A stretch of 64,000 nucleotides of DNA from Lama guanicoe (GCA_013239625.1 MU054098.1:2419104-2483103), one strand, 5' to 3'; positions 41,257-52,935 are shown, numbered from the stretch's first letter. A program made the numbers and translations. Notes: a model not told the origin generated them from the sequence alone.

Positions 41257-41765
41257 TGTGAATGTTGCCGCCTGCCATATCAGCAAACAAAGGATACCTT
41301 CAAGCCATTGACCACTACTGATGCCCCAACGGTGAGCCCTGAGGGAACTCAGAATGGAGACAAATGGGCTGCCCTCTGCAAGCCCTCAGCCACTGCAACC
41401 ACCCTCAATGGTGCACCCTGAGGGGATGGGAAAGAACAGGATACTGCCCCTAGATAGCTAAACTGCGTATCAAAGGAATGATTTCAATGAGCCCAGACCC
41501 TTGTGGTCTTCCCATGCATAGAAAAGTGCTAAATTCCTTAACTTAAGATGTCTAGTTTTCTTTCATTAACAGTAATCTTTTGATGTTCCAACTACCTGGC
41601 CTTTGTTGCAAAAACCCCTCTATATCCTGGATCCTCCTTTACCTCTTTAGAGCACTCCCTCAAGAGATCTCTGAGGTTGAGCTATCCAGCTTGAGTCCTC
41701 AGAAAGTCTGCCAAACAAAACATAATTCTCAACTTTTAGGATGTGCATTTTTTTTTCAGTTGACA
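41257..41765 (+). mobile_element. ERV1-class solo LTR, same family as 14238-14731
   Basis: TGTGAA...GACA termini; shared blocks such as tcaaaggaatg.tttcaatgagccca and aaaacataa.tctcaactttta; TSD not preserved. Confidence 0.85.
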
Positions 41766-42367
41766 GAAAATAAAAACTTGCCTTCAAAATGCTCAATTTG
41801 TTAAAGCCTTTTGATGTTGTGGTCATTTCGATGCTGGATACATTGTTATGGCATAAGTGCCTTACAGAAGGAAGTCGCACACACAAAAAACTGAAGGTAG
41901 ACTGACCTATGGTAATTAACAAGACAAAAGGGCAATCCCTAAGGCAGAATCTTAAAAAATACGTCAATGTTTGGGAACAAAAGGGAAACAGAAGAGGTAG
42001 AAAGCCAGGCTGGATTCAATCCAGAAGCTGGTTATCCATGAAAATCTGTAAACCTTCCCCTTTGGGGATGAAAAATTCAATAGTTTCTTAATGTATTGAA
42101 GGCTAGAATTATGCCTTATAGATCTTTGCTATAATCAACACCCTACTGAGAGTGAGTGCTCAATAAAAGTTAGATGGTGATGAGGGTAGCAATGATTATA
42201 ATGATGAAGTCAATCATTTGTCCAAATTTATTTATTTGTAAGGACTCCTTTTTATGTTGTTTCTTCACAAAATATTCCATATTTCCTGAGATTGTGTTCC
42301 ATACAAGATCTGGACAAGCCCATGTGGGTAAAATACGATCTTTGAAATGTGACACTACCTTAAATGG

Positions 42368-42581
42368 CAGTAGTTCTCAATGGGGAGGACGATTTTGCCC
42401 TGTAGGAGACATTTGGCAATGTCTGGAGACATTTTTGGTTGTCACAAGATGGGGGTGGGTGTTACCGACATCTAGTAAAGAGTCCAGGGATGTTGTTAAG
42501 TATCCTGTAATGCACAGGACAGCCCCCACAATAAGAAATCATCTGGCCCCAATGTCAGTAGTGCCCAGGTTGAGAAGCTCT
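42368..42581. mobile_element. MER20 hAT-Charlie MITE
   Basis: gacatttggcaatgtctggagacatttttggttgtcacaa...aatgtcagtagtgcccaggttgagaa. Confidence 0.92.
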
Positions 42582-44745
42582 TCTTAACGGGGAAAAGAAA
42601 ACACCTTTACTCTCTGGCTTCCTCCTATCAGTCTGTCTTTGCCTATTACACTAAACTCCTGTCTACAGATCCCACTTACTACTCTGGTCAAGGCTGTAAG
42701 AAGAGCAGAGGAGAGAGCCCTTGAATGTTTCAGTCTCAACTGCATTTTGACAGTCATATCTGGATGGTGTTTGAATAGGTCAGGCCATGTGAGTAAAGCT
42801 TGCCTAGAAACTAGATAGATCTGGGCTTAAATTATCCATAGTCCCTTCCATTTTTGGCTTTGAACCACTTTTGCAGATGTGGCCTCTGGTTGCAATCTGC
42901 CCCAGGAGAGTTCAAACAAACATACACTCTCAGCCACCATGTAGAAAACCTGAATATTTCGATATCCACAGAGAAGATGAGTCCCCAGCCCTCAAGGCTG
43001 ACAAGCAACCTAGGCAAGCTTAGGCACCTACTCAAGTCAGCTTCTTAACTGTACTAGGAGATCCTTCAGTAAGTTTGTCCTGGAATTCATATAGTAATAC
43101 CTGACATTTGCATGGTGCTTTTAACTTTGGAAAGGGTTTTCCTTTGTATATCCTTGAACTCCTGAAGAGGTTAACAGGGTAGGGCAGACAGGAGCAGATA
43201 GAAAAAAATGGGTCTTAACCACAATCCACTGAGAAAGTACCCAAATTCAAAAACACCCACAATACCCCTCTGTTAAAGACACTGTACTGTATATATAGGG
43301 CCTTCAAAGGAGCTCACAAGAATAGGGCTTTCTTTCCTTCTCCCGGGCCACTACTCCTGGTCGCATACTAGGCTTGAAGTAAAAGCTTCCCCTGAACTGT
43401 AGCTTGGTCAGAGAAAAGGATATGCCCTAAAGTATTGTCCAGAGTCATATTTCCTCCTCACTCCTCATGCCAAAGGAGGAACCCACTTAATCATAACATA
43501 GACCTCTTCTGTTTGAGAGGCTGTACACTCGAGGTGGCTGGCCACAGTAAAACTATGTTTGAATGGAAGAAAGGCAGCAAGTTCCAGAACTGAGTGATTT
43601 TTTTTTAATCTACATCATTGGCCAATCTTTAGAAACACTTCTTAAAATGTTTAAAGAGTATGGAAGGGGAGATCCACCCTCACCCCTCCCCTCCCCACAC
43701 ACAAACACAAACTCTTCATCCCCTAAAGTAATACTTTTTCTCCAGTGCCTTGCTCTCACACAAAAGCTTAATACTCTCCAGAATACTGGGCCACTTCGGG
43801 GCTAAGGGGACCGAGGACAACAGAAAAACTTGTCTTGGCTTAGTGCCCCAAGGGACTTTCTCAGGGTAGCCTAGGAGAGTTGCTAGGGCGCCCACTAAAC
43901 CTAATTACACCAGCTTCACCAGCACAGCAATGGGAACACTCTGCCAGTTAGGCAAGGCAGACAGTTCTTGGAGCCCAGCTCAAGCTCATAGTGTGCTCAG
44001 TCAGGGGGTGAACGCGACAGCGGGAAGCACAGCAGAACCTTCTCTGAGCACCGAGTTGTTCTGAGACTGGGCAGGGTTTCAGGCACCGGCCCAGCATCCA
44101 GAATGGCAGAGCCTCTAACCCTTCTTTCTGGAGAGAGGTAATGAGGGAGATAAAGACAAAGCTGAGCTTTGGGGCTTTGTGGCTGGGCCAGGAGATGCTG
44201 CCAGCTAGCGGACCTAAGTGCCTGCAGGTTGCAGGTAGAAGTCTCAGGCTTGTGGTGGGGGTGGGACCATTTAGTCCTTTCCAGGAGGTTCAAGAGGGTC
44301 GGCGTTCCGGGTGCCACAGTACAGGGAGAGAGGTGGGGGTGCGGAGGTGCCTCATGTGACACAAAGGAGCAAAGATCAGAGTGTCCGAAGTGTCCGGTGA
44401 CAGTGACACTGACCCTGCCCCCCACCCATACACACTGATGCCACTGCCACCACTAAGCAACTTACTGCCTCATCCTACAACACCACTATCCATCCCCCAC
44501 ACCCGCGCCCCCGCCTCGCCCCTTCAATCTAGGTTGGATCTCAGAAGACCGACCCTAAGGGTGAGAAGGGCAAGGATGGGAGAATTGGGCTGTGCTCCCG
44601 TTGGGTTGAACTCCCGGGCTACCTGCCCTGAGTTACACTAGACAAGTCAGGGGTTGAAGCCGACCAAGACGACCCCCAGGTCAGACCCCGGAGTCTCAGG
44701 GTCCCGTGGTCAGTCCCGCTGTCCTGCAGTCCGCCCGCTGCTCAC

Positions 44746-45272
44746 CGGCACTCTTCGAGGGCTCAACTCCCCTTCCCCCGGGATGGCCCATGGCTGCCTG
44801 CGCAGCCCCGCCACCACCAGCTCAGAGCCCGGGCTGAGAGGGGTGGGTGGGGGTCACTGTCCAAAGCAGGGCACTCAGGACAAGGGGCAAAGAGAGACTC
44901 TGCAAGCTAGTGCTCTGGTCCACTCTACCCGAACCCGCGCTCAGCACCCCAGTCTCTGCCACCACCCAAGGGAGGAAGAGGCCCGGGGAGACCAAACGAA
45001 TGAAACAGAAAATTTCGTACCGAGGGGGTAAGAGATGAGACGGTGGGACAGGGCACCGGGGGCTGACTTGGGGTTTCGGCTTCGGCTTCCTTCCACCCCT
45101 GGCTACCAAGCTGCAGAGACGGCAGGAGCTGTTGCCCCTGCAGGCTGCCCCGTCCTCTCTCTCCTTTCCCATGTGAGGCACCCTGCCCAGGCTGGGGGAG
45201 GTGAGAGGTGCTTTTGCCTACCGCGCGGTCTCTCCCCCATCTCTCTCTCTCTCTCCTTTCTCTCTCACACAC

Positions 45273-45308
<36 letters not shown>

Positions 45309-45645
45309 TCACACACATCACAACCGAGAAGGGTTCTACCAGCTTGCAGCCACCCAAAGGAAAGGAGAAAGAGAAAAGGAGCAGAGGGAAGCCGGGAGCA
45401 GATAGAAGGGAAAAGGAAGAGCTCAGGGTTGGACATTTTTGGAGCTAGGGGTGGGGAGAAGAAAGGGAGCGCGCCTCCTCGATTTTCCCCTCCCTACTCC
45501 TCTTTGCTTTTCTCTCCCGCTCGTTGTATAGCATTTTCCAGAAGCAGCAGAAGGGGACAGAAATCTCTAGTCTAGAATGATTTGTAGGGGTGACCGGGGC
45601 TCCTGCCAGCTGCTACCTAGCGGCTGGAGCTTGAGTGTGTGTTTG
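44746..45645 (-). other. TRPC5: putative long first (5'UTR) exon of a minus-strand gene, tentatively TRPC5
   Basis: donor CCG|GTGAGC (GT at 44745-44744) inside the island. TSS position is estimated. The gene name rests on recalled human architecture (~0.9 kb non-coding exon 1, very large intron 1, divergent RTL4), not on an alignment. Confidence 0.5.
45241..45320. repeat. compound (CT)n-(CA)n microsatellite
   Basis: directly visible. Confidence 0.95.
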
Positions 45646-45889
45646 TGCATGTAAGTGTGAATGCTGGTCTCTCCGTGTGTGTCTCTCCCTGTCTCTTCTC
45701 TTCCTCTCTCCCTCAGACTCCCGTGTCAGCTACTCCTGTCAGTTTCCCTGTGTCAGTTTCTTCCCTTGCCCTTATTGTGTGGCTGGCTGCGTGAAGGGGG
45801 TGCGTGCGTCTGAAGGGGCACAGGTTGGGTCAGAGAACCGGGAGAAGCAAGCGGGGACAGGCAGGGGCGCGGGTAGAGCAAAGAGTTTC

Positions 45890-46187
45890 GGGGTGCTGAG
45901 GAAGGCGAAAGGTGAGGAGAGAGGGCCGGCCACAGGGAAGTTTGGGACTGACTGAGATGCGAAGGGAGAAACCAAGATAGGAGCCAGCACTTGGGCTCGT
46001 GTGCCTCGTTACATCCCGCCCCTTTCCCTGTGCTCATCCGCCCACCAGCCGGCAGCCTGGAGGCCCCTGGCTGTCCCAGGCGGCTGCTGTTGGCGCGCCA
46101 CGAGAGAACCGGTAAGGCGGCCACACTGTGCTCCTTGGCTTGCGGACGCCAGACGACGCAGATCCGAACAAACCACTTGGCCCCGGG
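45890..46187 (+). other. RTL4: putative non-coding first exon of a divergent plus-strand transcript, tentatively RTL4/ZCCHC16
   Basis: consensus-like donor GGG|GTAAGT at 46187/46188, alternative CCG|GTAAGG at 46111/46112. TSS is estimated. Identity is inferred only from the recalled head-to-head arrangement with TRPC5. Confidence 0.4.
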
Positions 46188-47517
46188 GTAAGTGGACAAG
46201 CGGCCCCGAGCCCTCTGCTTTGCTGCTCAGAGCGCTGCCAAGGGACAGCGAGGTGCGGGTTGAGTGAAGGTGTCGGTAGGCGGAGGGCTGAGAAGCGCTA
46301 GCTGGTTATGAGCTGGGGTGGTGGGGAGCAGAGCAAAACCAGCAACAGATTGTTTGGGGGCACAGGGTGAGAGATACGGTGGGACTCTGGAGGTATTAGG
46401 GCAAGGTGGTTCTTGGCACTGACCAAAAAACATCCTTTTCACACGAGATGTTCTCCTAAACCAGAGCTTTGCCCTAACCCTGGGACAGTGATCTAAGATC
46501 AGAGATCAAAACTGGCCTGGGAGACGGGCTTGGGAATAAGGACACTGGCCCTTTTGCTGAAAGCCACTTTAAGACGCCAGGAGCCAGGGTGAGCTCATGA
46601 GGGCTCAGGGACCAGAGTCCCCCATTCACCTTCTTGCTGTCTTGTATCCTTCAAACTTACGAAATGGCTAGATTCATTTTCCTGGCTTCCCTAAAGAAAC
46701 TAGGAAATACAAAGGGGAAGACATCACTCAGATCTATGTTCCAAAGTGGATACTCCTCTCCCCACAAACACACACGCTGACTTGGACAAACCGTCTTCAT
46801 CTTATCCACCCCCCCCCCACACACAAGGTACTGAGCTGTATTCACAGATCCGGATCTTTTTCCAGGTCTCTAAGAATGAAACTGGGAAAAATGCTTTTCC
46901 CCCATTGCCAACCTGGGGTCTTCTGGCCATAGTCAGGTATGTGGTGATGGATACCAAGGTTATCAGTCCCTCATGAAAAGCCCAGAGCCTGGAAACCAGT
47001 CTGGAAGACAGGATCTCTGAACTTTACCCAAGTTTATTATATGAGTAGAAGAACACAGACTAATCAATAACACTCCCTTTAGAGATTGTGCACGTCAGCT
47101 CTGGCTTCAAGTGAGAAATATTTACTACGCTGACATGGGGCTATGTATTTATCCTCATGGCATTTAGCAAATATGGCAAGTTTATGTATCAGCATTCATA
47201 ATTGTCTACTGTCGGTCTAAGGCATTTTTTTGGGTATTGTATAGATGATTTATATCATGTCTCCTTTCGTATAGATTTGTAAAAAGCTGAGATATAAATG
47301 ATATCAAAGGATACCTTTCACCCGGTCTTTAACATCTGCTTACTCTAAATCAAAAGGCATAGAAATATATTCACATAGTACCAAGTTGGTTTCAAAGCAA
47401 ATGTTTAGCCTGGGATAAAGAAAACCCACTGGGTCAAGCTCTGTCTGCAAGGTTGAAGGAAAAACTTGAAATTTGTGTTTTGCTCCCTGGAAGATGCTGC
47501 TTTCATGAAGTTTTACT

Positions 47518-47539
47518 AGAGAGATAGAGAAAGAGAGAA

Positions 47540-47575
<36 letters not shown>

Positions 47576-47592
47576 GGAGGGAGGGAGAGAGA
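47518..47592. repeat. imperfect (GA)n purine tract
   Basis: directly visible. Confidence 0.95.
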
Positions 47593-49798
47593 CACTCTGC
47601 TTTCATAAAGTTGTAGTATATATGGTGTGTGTGTGTATTTTTTCAAGGACTCAGATCAATTCTATATAATCTGGGCTCTGTGCTGTTGTAGCCGAGATGG
47701 GAGTATTTGAACTTGTGCTTCCAAAGCACCCAGGCTCTTCTGTTAAATTTTCTATTTATTATTATGTTACTGGAATACAATGAATTACCTCTTTCCAATT
47801 CAGCAAATGAGAGAAATGGATTTTGCATTAAGTAGAACTGTTTATGTTGCATCAGGCAATTTGTTCTAATGCTCCCTGCGAGAGACAGAACAGAACAAGA
47901 ATTACTCAAGAAGGATCTGAAAAGGTGCCTGTTCTGTTACTTTTTTAGGCAACTGTAAGCAAATATCTTCTTAGGTTAAAATTACACTTTCCCATAAATA
48001 GCAAAGACCAGGTTGCAGACAGGTAGGAAAGAACCAGCAGCTTCATACTTGGAGAATAACTGACAGTGTCAACACGGATGAAGCCTAAGGTGTAGGTCTC
48101 TGTTCTGTTCTTGGTGATGTGAATATCTGACTGCCACAGTGGGTCCTGATCCATGGTTCCTCAGGGGACAAGGAGGTGGGCGGTGCAGTGGTCCAGAACC
48201 CATGCAGTCCTCAACTGTGTTGACCCAGGTTTACCTGGCTTTAGGATGTGCCCCAACAAAGAGACCTGGACCAGATAATATCTGCCATTTCTACCAGCTA
48301 TAACAGCTCTAGAGATCTGATGATTCCATTCTTCCTAGAATTAACAACGCACAGAACCACAGTGCTTAGAGGAGGCTGGGCCAGAAAATTAGAAATGCAG
48401 TGGGGAGGAAGAGGATGGGACAGAAGATAGGACAGAACGTGAAGATGTTTTGAAACATGGAAAGAAAACCATCCAGGTGTTTGCTTTCTTCTGCTTTGGC
48501 TGGGGATGGAATTAGTCCAGGAAATTGATTAACTGAAGCACCTTACAATTGCCTACAATTTGCCTTGTAAACACTGTGTTAACAGTGAAAGAAATCCTTA
48601 GAACCCGATAATGGAGAGCGTTGGAGTACATTTTCACTTTTGCCATCTCATTTCACTCCTTAGCACATTAAATTCCAATCTACGAGCCATTCAGGTGCTT
48701 AATTATCGAATGGATATCTCAAATGTATCATGTGATTGTCCTCCAGCCTGCTTCCAAATATTCTAATTTGTCTTTTGCTATGGCACCATCACTCAGAGAG
48801 GGACCAAAACATTTCTGCCTTCTTTACTTCTGCCAAAGGTTCTTGTTTTCAGCTCAGTTCACAAAGCCATTCAGAAGCCTCCTGTGAGCTGGCGGGGAAT
48901 GTGAGGAGCAGGACCTTTCTCCCCAGTGTGCCACAAGATGCCACCAACCTAATCTGGCCTCATTGTTTTCCAGGTTTTCAGGGAGGGGTATGACAAAGTT
49001 TGCAGCCCACAGACAGAAATGATGCTTCATTCTAGGCAGAAGTTGTAGCTAATTGACTACAGATCAGGGCTGAGCTGAGGCTAGTCATGGAGTCCAGAGC
49101 TTAGTAACTGAGGTTTCTAGAGTGTCATCCTTTCTCAACTCACATAGCTTTCCTTCTGCTGGTGGGTCTATCAAGCCCTTTGTCCAGTGAGACCAACCAA
49201 CCCATCCCAACAGCAAAGAATGAGTCCTGAATGACTCAGCTGTGGTCTCATAAACAAACATGTACATCATACTCAACTGAGCAAGAACAGATGATTTTTT
49301 TAAAAGGCAACAAAGCTGGTGGGGCAAAGCAAAAATTGCAGTTCACTGGGTCAAGGGAACTTTCCAATTTCCCTAGGTTTGGTTCTCCATCACTTACTGT
49401 GGAGTTGATGGTGGTAGCCAATGCAATTGCCCCAGCTTTTCATCTTAGCAAAGGCAAGGAAATAGCTGATGGTGAGAAACAAGTAGGGGTTTTGGCGGAG
49501 TCCAATGTCCTCATTTGTCTTATAAAGAAATTGAGCCCCAGAGAGTAGAAATGACTTCCCCAAATCCTACAACCAGCTAGTGACAGAACCAAAACCAGAA
49601 ATCAGGACTGCCTTGCTAGTACTGAATACATTTCCTAAAGCTCTCTGGAGATCTTTCCAAGAAATTAAGAGGAAACAAAAGCCTAGTTTACCAAGATCAC
49701 AGACCTCTACTTCCATTCCATGTTTATATTTACATGTTCATACTTACATGTTTATTGCCCTATCGTTGTGACTTGCCTTCTCACCCACCACCTGCCCC

Positions 49799-49799
49799 C

Positions 49800-49838
<39 letters not shown>
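49799..49838. repeat. (CA)n microsatellite
   Basis: about 20 uninterrupted units. Confidence 0.97.
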
Positions 49839-49842
<4 letters not shown>

Positions 49843-50429
49843 TCACTGACTCACTTCTATCTTACTAAGCTAAGAAAACATGGAAGATGCCTACAGCTGG
49901 TATATTCAGGTGGAGGGCAGAATTAAACATGACAAAGATTTCACTGTTCATGCTTATCTTACTGATCTGGCTCACACCACCAACAAAAAGGCATCTAAAA
50001 CACCCAGTCTCTGGTGCTCCCTCTTAGTTTTGAGGAATGGAAGCTGGTGGGATCCAGTAAGTATTATTCAGGCTTTGTATATGCAGCCTCAGAATCAGTA
50101 CCCATAAATGCACATGCATACACACACGTAGATACATAACACTTCCTGAAAGCATAAAACAAAGGAAATAGAAAAGACAAGACAGATGGTTTTTATCGTA
50201 GATCATGAGAAGAAGGAAGGTTTGCAGGGAGGGTGTCGTTTCCTGCCTCCATTCTTGAGCCCTGATGCCTGGTTTCCATTAATTCCACCCTAGTTTCTTT
50301 TAGGATCTGAGAAAATAGGCTGATGCAAATATGTCTATTCCAGCCCAGAAAGATGATATGAAGAACTTCCACATCATAGGGAGGATGTCACAAGGATAGG
50401 AAAGCGATGCTAGGGTGGAGTGGGCTAAG

Positions 50430-50585
50430 GCCTTGCTACTCTAAATGTGGTCCCCACCCCTTCCCCTGGGAGCTATATATATAAATGCAGAACCTTAGAC
50501 CCTTCCTCGGCCCTACTGAATTAGAATCTGATCTTTAAATATATACCCAATGATTTTTTTGCAAGCTAAAATTTGAGGCACTGGC
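50430..50585. mobile_element. MER5-type MITE
   Basis: ctactctaaatgtggtcc...aaatgcagaacctt...cctactgaattagaatctg...aaatttgaggcactg. Confidence 0.7.
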
Positions 50586-50809
50586 TAGAGCTTATCCCCA
50601 AAAGCATTGGAAAGTCATTTGAAAATAAACAATTACCTCCTGGGCATATAGGGCCAATTCATATAGCTTATAATTTAAAAAAAACTAAAATATAAACTTT
50701 CCCCAGGTCCACTTCTCTTTGTATTCAGTGTAAAAGCCTTAAGTGTGGGCAAAAGAATTGATGCAAAGGAAGCCAGACCATGGAATTTTACTGTTTACCT
50801 GTGTTTGGA

Positions 50810-51020
50810 GGCTCACACAGACCTTAGTTCAAATTCTGGTTCTGCCCACAAATAACTAGCTGTGTAAACTTGTACAAGGCACTTTGTCTCTGATTCCTCA
50901 GCAGTGTAAAGGGATTAATAACAGTACCCACTGACACTGAGCTGTTGTGACGATTAAATAAGACATTCTAAGACACTGGCATGCTGTGAACAATCAATAC
51001 ACGGAAGATATTATTATAAT
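50810..51020 (+). mobile_element. MIR SINE
   Basis: ttcaaattctggttctgcc...actagctgtgtaaacttg...gttgtgacgattaaataaga. Confidence 0.8.
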
Positions 51021-51714
51021 TAATAAGATTTGGCCAATAATTTTAGCTTGCTAGAAAACTAACCTCTGGATGTGAAGTCTTGTGGCACATGCATCTATTT
51101 CTAATTGGTAACAAATCACATTGGCTTTTCACAGATAGAATACCAAGAAAGGCACACAAAGTAAAATATATTTGAACAGAATGGAGGCCCCCAAACAAAT
51201 ATTATGCAGAAAGAATTACAGGTGTCCCTGGTGAAATCACTTCATAGACTAAGACCAAAATCAGAAGCAGCCTTATTCTATATGGCATGTCTCAAAATTA
51301 CCAAGTTAGAAAGTTAGTTGTGAGGTTACTTTTGCATATACATATACACCAAGCAAATTCATGCACATACAGACACACGTCCTTCAATGGAGCAACTGTG
51401 AAAAAAATCAAGGCTGAAATGGATTCTAGGGGCAGAACTAAACATCACTGAATTTCTGGCCTGACCATCTATAAAATGGGTGAATAATAGCCCCTATTTC
51501 ATAGGATGGATGTGAGACGATTTGGGTAAAAGAAATAATGCAGGTAAAGGCATAGCAGAGAAACTCAATAAGTACTTTTTAATCTGAGCCTACAAAGGGG
51601 ACAAAAATATTATACATAAATCTGTAGCTATGATGCAGTGATTTTTCCCCCAGAAAGTAATGACTTGATGTTGTATAAGAAATACAACACATCTTACATA
51701 AGTCAACTCAACAA

Positions 51715-51865
51715 CAGTTAACACCTAAAGAGTACTTAGTTATGTGCCAAGCATTTTACATGCAGTATCTCATTTAGGCACTCACAACTCCATGGAAAGG
51801 TATGGTACCAAAAATATTTTACAGATGAAACTAAAGCTCAAATGAATTAACTAACGTGTTCATTT
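51715..51865 (-). mobile_element. MIR fragment
   Basis: tatgtgccaagcatttta...ttttacagatgaaactaaagctca. Confidence 0.7.
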
Positions 51866-52330
51866 TATAATTTAATGACTTAGGTAAATACCAACCACTA
51901 TTTTACGGGTGAAAAACATGAGTGTCTCCTACCTCCCCCAAGCCCATAGTGCTTCCTACGTGCTCAATTTTCCAACCTGTAAAATATGATAGGTATAGTA
52001 CCTATATATTCCAATAATTCCATAAATTCCAATAAATTCTATAAAATCATTAAGTACTTGATTCTCTAAAAACTTATTGATGGCTGGGCAGCTTGATTGC
52101 AAAGACAGAGATAGACACCTCCACTTTTGGGTCCTCATCCTTTGGTTTAAGATTTTAGACCTTCAGCTTCTACTGGAACTGAGGTTGTCCAACATCCACT
52201 GATTTTCAAGAGGATCAGATTAGCGTGGCCTCAATAATCTTATAATAGACAATAAAGATCATTAATTTCTAAGATTTCTGTGATCATCCTAAATTAGCAA
52301 TTGGAATTGCTATCAATTATTGAAAATCTT

Positions 52331-52935
52331 TGTATTAGTTTTCTATTGTGGCCATAACAAATAATCACAGATTTAGCACTTTAAAACAGCACAAATTTAT
52401 TATTGTTATGGTTCTGTAGGTGAGAAGTCTGACACAGGGATCACTGGGCTAATATCAAGGTGTCAGTAGGACCGCATTCTCTTCAGGAGGTTCTAAGGGA
52501 GAATCTATTTCCTTGCTTATTCAGGTTGTTGGCATAATTCACTTCCCTGTGGTTGTAGGACTGAAGTCCCAATTTCTTTACTGGCTGTCAATTGAAGGCC
52601 ATTCCTAGCTTCTAGAGGCCACCCACATTCCTTCGTCTGTGGCCCCATTCCTCCAAATTCAAAGCCAACCAGGGCAGGTTGAATCCTTCTCACAATTTGA
52701 ATCTCTCCTGCCTCTTCTTCCTTTGAATCCATCTCTGACTATTCTGCCTTCTTCTACTTTTAAGAGCCCAGTTGATTACACTGGGCTTGCCTGGATCATC
52801 CAGATAATCTTCCTATGTTAAGGTCATCCAGTTAGCAACCTTAATTCCATCTTAAAGATCCCTTTCGCCACGCAACCTAACACAGTCACAGGTTCTGGGG
52901 ATGGGCTGACTTATTTACAGGCCATCATCCTGCAT
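52331..52935 (-). mobile_element. MaLR LTR (MLT1E-like)
   Basis: tgtattagttttctattg...aatatcaaggtgtcag...ttgtaggactgaagtccc...atccagataatct. Confidence 0.85.

Larger units (their letters stand above)
44290..46390. promoter_or_regulatory. CpG island / bidirectional promoter region
   Basis: abrupt rise in GC and CpG relative to the CpG-depleted flanks; no interspersed repeats recognised; outward-facing splice donors. Confidence 0.85.

Noticed and set aside
14238..41765. A single provirus bounded by the two related LTRs
   Set aside because: They are 27 kb apart with no gag/pol/env between them, the LTRs are clearly divergent, and the first has its own TSD.
44746..44791. MGHP... N-terminus suggesting OPHN1 or a GRAF-family gene
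   Set aside because: Similarity ends after four residues; OPHN1 continues PLEFSDCYLDSP, which is absent here.
45021..45035. Plus-strand donor-like GGG|GTAAGA inside the minus-strand exon
   Set aside because: No supporting upstream plus-strand exon or TSS evidence; such motifs arise by chance.
43997..46442. Dense cluster of overlapping 60-150 aa ORFs on both strands
   Set aside because: Expected from high GC content and dinucleotide repeats (few stop codons); many start at non-ATG codons; none resembles a known protein.
52005..52045. Short imperfect tandem attcc(a)ataa repeats; also tcatgatat repeats at ~10959-10980
   Set aside because: Ordinary slippage repeats without spacers, so not CRISPR-like or otherwise structured.
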